A stretch of DNA of 64,000 nt from the human T2T-CHM13v2.0 reference genome, Homo sapiens. A model generated the notes under the pieces. It made no database searches. It had not been told where the DNA came from and saw only the letters and a program-made list of their open reading frames with translations. Location: the NCBI RefSeq assembly GCF_009914755.1, contig NC_060934.1; one strand, given 5' to 3'. Position 1 is the first letter of the stretch. Each line of letters begins with the position of its first letter. The position numbers were made by a program, and so were the translations under genes. Shown piece by piece: positions 44,724 through 64,000 of the stretch.

Positions 44724-46467
44724 CAGTGGTTCTTACGTGGTCTGTGGGTCTCTGGAGGTCTCTGAAACTCTTTTAGGGAGTCCATAGGTCAAAACTATTT
44801 TTATAATATTTATGACATTATCTATCTTTTTAACGGGGATGACATTTGCACTAATGGTGCAAAAGCAATAGTAGGTAAAGCTGCTGGCACCCTAGCATGA
44901 ATTACAGTAACGGCATCAAACTGTGCTAGTAGCAGTATATTCTTCACTATATATTTACAGGTTTTTTTTAAGTTTCATTTAATCTTGATAAAGCAGTAAA
45001 AATGATTTTATTAAATCTCAGCCCTTGAGTGCACATCTTTTAATATCCTGTGTGATGAAACTGGCAGTATGTATAAAACACCAGTTCAAGCTGTGTTCCT
45101 TTTGGAAAAAGAAATACAAAAAGTAAAAGAAAATTTAAAAAAATAAATGAATAAAGTACTGGGTCCATATACCTAAGTAGATGGCTGTCTGGAAAAACGC
45201 ACTTGTGAGCTGTCTGAATTGTGAGCTGAACTAGTCTTGATCCATAGAACACCATCTTTACTTAAAAGAACCACAGACAAATTATAGTTATTCAGGCCTA
45301 GCTGTTTGGCAGACATTTTCTCAAAAGAGAAAATCAAGGAAAATAACTATCAGTATTTGGTGCCAATATTAAAATTCGAGCTTTCAAGTAAAAATTAGAA
45401 TTTTGGAAAATGTGTATCTGCCACCATCAGTTTGACAGCTTCCCAATGCTTAAAAATTTTGATGAAATTGGTAGTGATATTAACATATTTTAAATACTGC
45501 AAAATAAAATGTGTCAACATTTGAGAAATCTGCATAACTCAGTGAACCAGTATTTTCTAAATAACTGATGTTAGAAAACCATGCATGGGTTAAAGATCCA
45601 GTCAAAATGTGTAACAGACCAATGGATTTTAATGTAAGAGAGTATGAATGTTCACTAATACAGGTTCAGATTCCACATTGCAACTAATCTTTAAAAAAAA
45701 AACTATGACTTGTCAAATTTAGAGTAGTATGAGATATCCACAATTATCTGAAAAGATCATTAATGTACTCCCCATTTTTCTAACTACATATCTGTATCTG
45801 TGAGGCTGGATTTTCTCATATACTTCAATCAAAACAACATATCACAATAGACTGAATGCAGAAGCAGGTATGAGAAACCATTTGTCTTCTATTAAAGAGA
45901 TTCAAAAATATGTAAAACCATGCCTATCTTCTCACTAAATTTGGGGGTTGGAAAATAGTGTTACTTTTCAGTTAAAAAAAAAAAAGTGTTGTGGCCGGGC
46001 ACGGTGGCTCATGCCTGTAATCCCAGCACTTTGGGAGGCCAAGGTGGACAGAGCACAAGGTCAGGAGATCAAGACCATCCTGGCTGACACGGTGAAACCC
46101 TGTCTCTACTAAAAATACAAAAAATTAGCCAGGCGTGGTGGCGGGTGCCTGTAGTCTCAGCTACTCAGGAGGCTGAGGCAGGAGAATGGCGTGAACCCGG
46201 GAGGCGGAGCTTGCAGTAAGCCTAGATCACGCCACTGCACTCCCGCCTGGGCGACAGAGCGAGACTCCGTCACAAAAAAAAAAAAAAAAAAAAAAAAAAG
46301 TGTTGTTGTGTTATTTTTTAATGAATAAACAAGTAAATTTCTCAGTTTTAATTTCTACTCAGGTAAATACTGACAGATACAACTCATGTAAAACAAAAAC
46401 TCTTTGAGGTTCTCAATAATTTTTAAGAATTATGAGACTGTGAGACCAAAAAGTTTCAGAACTGCCA
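44724..46467. mobile_element. Charlie1-like hAT DNA transposon interrupted by AluY (45992-46299 +)
   Basis: cagtggttct start and ...aaagtttcagaact end; flanks cttagac / cttagat; degenerate transposase-like interior; Alu TSD aaaaagtgttgt. Confidence 0.75.
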
Positions 46468-46701
46468 TCTTAGATGATTCATTGTTTCTGTTCACAAAGT
46501 TGAAAAATAATCTACCCTATACATAGTACATTGTAGTTCTAGAATACTGTGAAGGCATTTGGATACTTAGAACACAAAGTAAATGATCCAGATATCAAAT
46601 TTCAACCTGGCGGAAATGTTTTGGGATATCCTAGTATGTGATCTCCTATAAAGTAACAATGTGCTCCTGGTTTTTAAGGTAGGTCATTAGTATGCTGTTT
46701 A

Positions 46702-47032
<331 letters not shown>

Positions 47033-47492
47033 GAAAAATCTGGCACAGAACACACACCAAAATAGCTCCTATGCCATTCTATACCATTTTTCCTCCCTTC
47101 TCCCCAAAACTTGCTTCCAAATGAAATGAGATAAGACACCATTGAGATTATCAATTCAAATTAAGATAACAGAAACCTTATAAGAAATCCTGCAGGAAAG
47201 CAAATAAATGTGGGAGCCTGCCTAGAGAATCAGATTTTCTCTAGAAGGTTTCTGGCTCAGTGTGAACCTTCTTCTACCCTGCCCTAAATAAAAAGACCAC
47301 ACAAAAACAAATTTCCAGTGCATGTGGGGCTCTCTGTTCACCAAAAGCTTTGATTCAACTAATAAATGATGTTAACATTGGAAATGGCTCTGAATGCCAA
47401 GGCCAGCCTTAGAAATCGCCTCAACTGCAGACTGAGAATCGCTGGGAGGGATGTAGGTGTAGTAAGAACAAAAAATTAAAAAGAGTAAACAT

Positions 47493-48437
47493 CTGCAACC
47501 TACAGAATGGGAGAAAATTTTTGCAGTCTACCCATCTGACAAAGGGCTAATATCCAGAATCTACAAAGAACTTAAACAAATTTACAAGAAAATATCAAAC
47601 AACCTCATCAAAAAGTGGGCAAAGGATATGAACACTTTTCAAAAGAAGACATTTATGCAGCCAACAGACACATGAAAAAATGCTCATCATCACTGGTCAT
47701 CAGAGAAATGCAAATCAAAACCACAATGAGATACCATCTCACACCAGTTAGAATGGTGATCATTAAAAAGTCAGGAAACAACAGGTGCTGGAGAGGATGT
47801 GGAGAAATAGGAACGCTTTTACACTGTTGGTGGGAATGTAAACTAGTTCAACCACTGTGGAAGACAGTGTGGTGATTCCTCAAGGATCTAGAACTAGAAA
47901 TACCATTTGACCCAGCAATCCCATTACTGGGTATACACCCAAAGGATTATAAATCATGCTACTATAAAGACATATGCACACGTATGTTTATTGTGGCACT
48001 ATTCACAATAGCAAAGACTTGGAACCAACCCGAATGTCCATCAATGATAGACTGGATTAAGAAAATGTGGCACATATACACCATGGAATACTATGCAGCC
48101 ATAAAAAAGGATGAGTTCACGTCCTTTGTGGACATGGATGAAGCTGGAAACCATCATTCTGAGCAAACTATATGCAAGGACAGAAAACCAAACACCGCAT
48201 GTTCTCACTCATAGGTGGGAATTGAACAATGAGAACACTTGGACACAGGGCAGGGAACATCACACACCTGGACCTGTTGTGGTGTGGGGGGCCGGGGGAG
48301 GGATAGCATTAAGAGAAATACCTAATGTAAATGACGAGTTAATGGGTGCAGCAAACCAACACAGCACATGTATACATATGTAACAAACCTGAACATTGTG
48401 CACATGTACCCTAGAACTTAAAGTATAATAAAAAAAA
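47493..48437 (+). mobile_element. 5'-truncated primate L1PA (about PA4-PA7), ~950 bp, antisense to ASCC1
   Basis: ORF2 C-terminus ([26 protein letters not shown] in ORF 47615..47875), canonical 3' UTR, TSD aaaagagtaaacat on both sides; frame disrupted. Confidence 0.95.
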
Positions 48438-48529
48438 GAGTAAACATTTTTTGATGTTTCGATAATGTAAGTCTGTGCCAAGCACTATTTTAAGCATTTT
48501 AAATAATTTAAGTAATTTAATCTTTTTAA

Positions 48530-51625
<3,096 letters not shown>

Positions 51626-52834
51626 TATGCATAGGGTTTTAAATGAGGCATAAAGTTTTGTTTTGAGTACCAAAAGATTGGCAACAGACTAAAAGTCAAA
51701 TAACATGGTACTGATTAGATAAATTATAATACTAAGAGCAATAAATAAACTATACATGTGACTAAGGAAGCTTTTAGGTACTGATATAAAACAATATAAA
51801 AAACATTAAAAACTGATATAAAATGATATATAAAACTGATATAATAAGTTATATTTCTAAGTTTTAAAAAAGGTTTACAACAATGTGCATGCTATGCTAC
51901 TTGTACAAAAGATGGAGGTATAAAAAATATGTTATATATATTTGTTCATACATCTATAAAATCCCTGGAAGGATACAGAGAAAGTGGTACACTGGTTGCC
52001 TCTAGAGAGGAAAGCAGGTGGCTGATGAATTTCAGTGGTAGAGAAACTGCACTGCGTATCCTTTGCAACTTTTTGAACTATGTAAATGTATTATCCATTA
52101 ACAAGTTAAAATTTTAAAAAATATCCAAAATAAACCAAACACAAAAGTGTATATACTAAATAATTCTATTTATGGGACATTTAAAAACAAACCACCAAAT
52201 CTATGTAATAGAAATCAGAACAGAGGTTGCTTCTGGGAGAAGTGAATTCACTGGAAAAAGGCATGAGGGACCCTCATGGGGTGATGGCAATGTTCCACGT
52301 CTTGATTTGGGTGAGGTTGCACAGGTATAGACATTGGTCAAAGCTCATCAACTACACCTAAGATCTGTGCATTTTTAGTGTAAGTAAATTACACCTCAAA
52401 GGAAAAACATACATATACATATCCAAAGTGCTAATGGTAATTATTTTTTAGTGGTAAGATTACAAAATGATATTTTATTTTTGTGTATCTGTAATTACTG
52501 GTTTTCCTAAAATTAACACGTATTACCTTTGTGTTAAGTAAAACCCCACCATCCTGTTTTCTTCCTGGACCCCTTAATAAAGAAACTTGTACTGCAACCA
52601 GAAAAGGCCTTGTTGTGCCATGCTGAAACCCAATTAAAAATCAGCTCACTGCGCAGCCTTCTCCAAACCCCAAGGGGATAGGCACTTTCTCCATCTTATC
52701 CACATCTATATCCTCAAAATCTCACACCATGACTTATACAAAATGGGTGTTCAATAAATCTCTGGCAAACATTAAATGGATGTTTTAAGGGGGAAGCTGT
52801 TCTGGACAATTTTGAGAAGAATATGGTCACAGGC

Positions 52835-53258
52835 TGATATATTAAATAGTTTGGATATTTGTCCCTGCCCAAGTCTCCTGTTGAATTGTAATCCCTAATG
52901 TTGGAGGTGGGGCCTAGTGGGAGGTGTTGGGATCATGGGGACAGATCTCTTGTCAATGGCTTGGGCCATCCCCTTGGTGATAAATGAGCTCTCACTCTGA
53001 GTTCACACAAAATCTACTTGTTTCAAAGTGTGTGGCACCTCCCCTGCCACTCTCTGTTGCTTGTTCCTGCTTCTGCTATGTGATGTGCTTGATCCCCTTC
53101 ACCTTCTGCCATAATTGAAGCTTTCTGAGGCCTCCCGAGAAGCCGAGCATGCTTCTTGCAATCCTGCAGAACTGTGAGCCGATTAAACCTCTTTTCTTTA
53201 TAAGTTACCCAGTCTCTGGTATTTCTTTATAGCAATAATGCAAGAACAGCATAATACA
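52835..53258 (+). mobile_element. MST-type MaLR solo LTR
   Basis: tgatat...gtttggatatttgtccc start, ...ttatagcaata...taataca end; 5-bp TSD caggc / catgc. Confidence 0.85.
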
Positions 53259-53314
53259 CATGCTATATTGTCATTAAGTAAAAATGTGGTACTGCCTTAA
53301 AAACAAAAGGATTT

Positions 53315-53941
53315 GGCCGGGTGCGGTGGCTCACGCCTGTAATCCCAGAACTTCGGGAGGCTAAGGCGGGTGGATCATGAGGTCAGGAGATCGAGACCAT
53401 CCTGGCTAACATGCTGAAAGACGGTGAAACCCCATCTCTACTAAATATACAAAAAACTAGCCGGGCGTGGTGGCGGGCGCCTGTAGTCCCGGCTACTCAG
53501 GAGGCTGAGGCAGGAGAATGGCGCGAACCCAGGGGGCGGAGCTTGCAGTGAGCAGAGATCTCGCCACTGCACTCCAGCCTGGGCGACAGAATAAGACTCC
53601 ATCTCAAAAAAAAAAAAAAGAAAAAAAAAAGGATTTTAGGATCAATCAAAAGACAGCTGGAAAAAAAGGAAAAAGTTGTCTTGACATTGAACCCAGGTCA
53701 TGGGGATGCTCTTTGTAGCCTAGGAATCCTAGTAGTAAAGATTCCCTTAACACTTCAAGGCCTTATTATTGCATAAGACCAAAACTTCTCTCAGTGTGAA
53801 ACTAGTAACTCAACTATTTTAGGCGGACACTTTTCTTTCCATGTTGCCCAGGGTGGTCTCAAACTCCTGGGCTCAAGCAATCCTTCCAGCTTGGCCTCCC
53901 AAAGTGCTTGGGTTACAGGCATGAGCCACTGCGCCCGGCCC
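53315..53941. mobile_element. AluY (53315-53630 +) and FLAM/left monomer (~53835-53941 -)
   Basis: Alu consensus; TSD aaaggattt. Confidence 0.85.
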
Positions 53942-56609
53942 AGATACTTTTTCTAATTAAGAAAAATTACAGCCTTGATCATAATAAGTCTTCCTATAGC
54001 CACCTCTAATAAGAAGTGAAATGTTTCAAAACACAAGCCAAGCTCTGAACTGTCATCTGAGGTATGTAGCTTCCATCAATACACAATGTATCTTCATTCC
54101 AAGTACTAGCCAAAGAATTCGATTTGAAAGATTGCCACTGAATCCTATCAAAATGAAGTCAAAAAAGTTTGTTTGAAAAAAAGTTTCACACTAAATACAC
54201 ATCCTCCGACATTTTTAAAGCTCTCACCCTGCATAGTTATATCACCAGAAAGCATCACCACACCATTGGCTTAGATTCCCACTAAAATGTTTTTAATGGG
54301 TTATATTTAATGTTATATCTGCAATTTCTAAGGTCAACAGAAGAAAGACCCATATGAACAATGTTTTTATCTTCTGCAAAATTCCTGTTAAAGACACTGT
54401 CAATCATCATTCAGCATTCTTTATTAAGATTTACATGACAAACTTTTGATGGATCGAGAACCAGAAAAGGTTACTCTCCTGAAAAAACTGTTATACTGGG
54501 GTTGGCTTCACAACAACCTGAGTGTACTTAACACTACTGAACTATGCACTTAAAATGGTTATGATGGCAAATTTTATGTTGTATTTTACCACAACTGAAA
54601 ATTTTTTTAAACTATAAAAAAAATTGTCATACTGCTTTTTATCAGACAAGAACTATACTAAGTGGTGTATTTCTTTTTGTAATTTAGTTCAAGTACACTG
54701 GTGTCAGAAAATAGTACCAAACTTTAATGCTCAAGTACAATTATTACCTTACCTTGACTTTCAGATAGAATTTTCTCCCTATACCATCCTTATGGTTTCT
54801 AAATCTCTGACTGTAACATTTCTTTTGTATACATGTCCTCACTCTTAACTACCTCAAATACTTGGAATTAGATGGGGTACTAAGAAGAAAAAAAATTAGA
54901 AACAATGAAACAGGATCCAAAGCCTGCTTTATGAGCAGAAACACAAACTGTTTCAACCCACCCCTGAGATTTATCAAGAGGGAGATGAAAGAGCAGGATA
55001 GAAATCCGATGGTTTGCCCGATAAACACTCTTTGTCTTAGTGGCCAAACAATTACATCTGGGACACCAGTAAGCAAATTACTTTCCAACTGATGACACGT
55101 GAGGCAATAATCAGGCATTAATGTTTGTTCACGCGTATTTTCTCTCCTCTTTCTAGTCCCTTTAAACTTCTTTGGTTTGACGTCAGGCCTGCTGGAAACA
55201 CTGAGGCACAGGAGGGTGCTGCTGTGACTGAAGAAGAGCTGCACATTTGTCAGACTCCGTACTCAGAGCCAGTGCACGGTCTGTGTCCTACATCTCACAA
55301 AGGAAAGTCACCAGGGACACAGCCGGAGCTTCCGAATTTACTAAACACTGAATAATTCATTCAAAATCTATAGAGCTACAAGAGCCTTTCACTGAAAAAT
55401 TGAAACAAAACTCCTGTTTTTGGTCTCATAGCATCCTTCAAATTAAAAAACTACCCCCAAATTTAAAATGAATACTCAACTACTCATTTCTTCAATATAG
55501 CCATACAGCTCCACAGTTTAAATCAAATTCCAACATAGCCACATTTATTTCAATACTCCCATTTTAAAAACCATCAAATTAAACTACAGCACACTATGTA
55601 CAGGTCTGTTCATTTTTCAGTGTTTTCCTTTCATATTTTAATTTGGGACCACTACACCATAAAAGGTTCAGGTTAGAAATGCCATTATTTATGGACATTT
55701 TTTCTAAGTACACCAAGCACAAAGACTAAGGTCAAAGAGCAAGAAAAAATTCGATGATCCAATTTACTGATTTACTTACCAGAGATTTAACAGAAGTACC
55801 CTTTTTGTTTTTTTAAGAAGTAGTCTCTTCTCAGAAGTAAATCAGTTTTGCACTTTTTAAACAAATGCATGTGATGGGAGAAATCAGGAGAAGAAGGTTG
55901 GGGAGGCTTGCTTTATTTTACTCGCTGGTTCCACATCTTTCCAGCTTTTTAAAAAGAGCATCTTTAAACAAATTTTTGCATGCACTGCAGATTTTTGGCA
56001 GGGTAACTTTGTCCTATTTCAAAAGCTTTGCTGAATTTGAAAAACTACAATTACTGTTTTCATACTGTCATGTCAAAAATTCTGAGGAACTATTAAAACT
56101 GCTCTTTATTCCCCAGGCACACTAACTCTGACATGCTTAAAGGGCTGAGATTTGGCATTTAGTCACAAAAGGCACCAAGAAACATAAAAGGGAGGAACTC
56201 AGCTAAATCTTTGCATAGCTTAGGATAAACCTTCAGTGATTAAAAACCTGTGACCTGATTTTCATAAGGTAAAAAGAACAAGTACTTCTCTAAACAAAAT
56301 ATTTTATCTACCTTTAAATTTTTTCTTAGCAGGATTATCCCAATGGCAGCCAAGGAAATGTAGTAGCTTTCAGTTTAGTTTAGCAAAAAGTAAACTGGGA
56401 ATACATTAAAGTATCAGAACTGATCCTTAAACCAGGTAAAACTGCCCTGCTTTGTAAAATAAAGCATAATGCTTTGCTTTATATAAGGGAAATGGAAAGT
56501 ATCTAATGACAAACACCAAATTATTTTGAATTTCAGGTAAGATCTAGAGAAAACAGATATGTCCGTTACTGAGCAAAGAACATGACAAGAAGTGTTCTTT
56601 GCTCTCTGA

Positions 56610-57985
<1,376 letters not shown>

Positions 57986-58100
57986 TTATAATGTTTGCAC
58001 TCCAGCCTGGGCGACAGGAAAAAAAAAAAAAAAGAAACACAGTGTTTCTAAAATATAATGAAGACTCTCCTAGAGAATCGTGTTATAATGTTTGAGTTAC

Positions 58101-58275
58101 TGTAATAGACAGAATAATGACCCCCAAAGATGTTAATGTCCCACTCTCTAGAATTTATATTCTATCTTACATGGCAAAGAGATTTTTGTAGATGTGATTA
58201 AGGTTATGGAATCTGGTATGAGAGGTTAGCCTGTATTGCCTGAGTGGGCTCCATCAAATCACATGAGTCCTTCCC
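58101..58275 (+). mobile_element. MLT1-type MaLR LTR 5' fragment
   Basis: tgtaatagacagaataatgacccccaaagatg...gatgtgattaagg motif. Confidence 0.7.
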
Positions 58276-58371
58276 ATGTTATACACCCTCTGGTTCAAAA
58301 ACAAGTCTGTAATACCAAAAAGAAGCCAGCCCAGGTAGACCACCCAACCCCCATCCCTGAGAATTACTCAC

Positions 58372-58508
58372 TTAATGAATTCCTCTTTACACTGCTGTAG
58401 CATCTCACATGTCTGCTGGATCTCTTCCTCACTCAAAAGCACCAACATCCCAATAGTTAGATGAAGCTTTTTAGGATTCTGGAAAATGCTGCTGTCAACC
58501 CCATGATC
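58372..58508 (-). CDS. ASCC1: ASCC1 coding exon 6 (137 nt, phase 0 to 2): DHGVDSSIFQNPKKLHLTIGMLVLLSEEEIQQTCEMLQQCKEEFI(N), with the first HxT motif
   Basis: Minus strand reads ctttgataacag|GATCATGGG...GAATTCATTAA|gtgagtaa. The His codon of HLT is at 58461-58463. Not in the ORF track; read by hand. Confidence 0.97.
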
Positions 58509-58539
58509 CTGTTATCAAAGAGAGAAAAACAAGAAACTC

Positions 58540-64000
<5,461 letters not shown>

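Noticed and set aside
47615-48383. ORFs resembling a zinc-knuckle protein
   Set aside because: Disrupted C-terminus of L1 ORF2 in a 5'-truncated, inactive L1PA.
54849-55355. 131-aa minus-strand ORF and overlapping plus-strand ORFs in unique sequence
   Set aside because: Non-ATG start for the long ORF, no recognisable domain, and length expected by chance. Only its last 27 nt matter, as the candidate microexon.

Overview
Human (or great-ape) genomic DNA, CpG-poor and very repeat-rich, lying inside the ASCC1 gene on the minus strand. ASCC1 encodes activating signal cointegrator 1 complex subunit 1 (chr10q22, from recall). Four internal coding exons are present: 58372-58508, 49703-49822, 29888-30012 and 24916-25001, i.e. 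exons 6-9 of the common 357-aa isoform. All have GT-AG boundaries and splice into one open 156-codon frame carrying both HxT motifs of the 2H-phosphoesterase domain. The upstream KH-domain exons and the terminal exon are outside the window. The rest is intron: roughly 50 Alu/FLAM pieces, several L1s, solo LTRs (LTR12, MST, ERV1/ERVL types), hAT DNA transposons, L2/MIR and microsatellites. Almost all ORFs in the track are Alu/L1 artefacts. I found no convincing new biological system. The best leads are: (1) a ~590-bp inverted duplication whose donor arm was later split by an LTR12; (2) local repair scars, including a templated insertion and a fold-back; (3) a candidate poison/microexon in intron 6; (4) a frame-closed exon 6-9 block flanked by inverted Alus; (5) small CpG-retaining motif clusters that look like enhancers. 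Repeat subfamily names and many repeat boundaries are from memory and by eye, so they are approximate.
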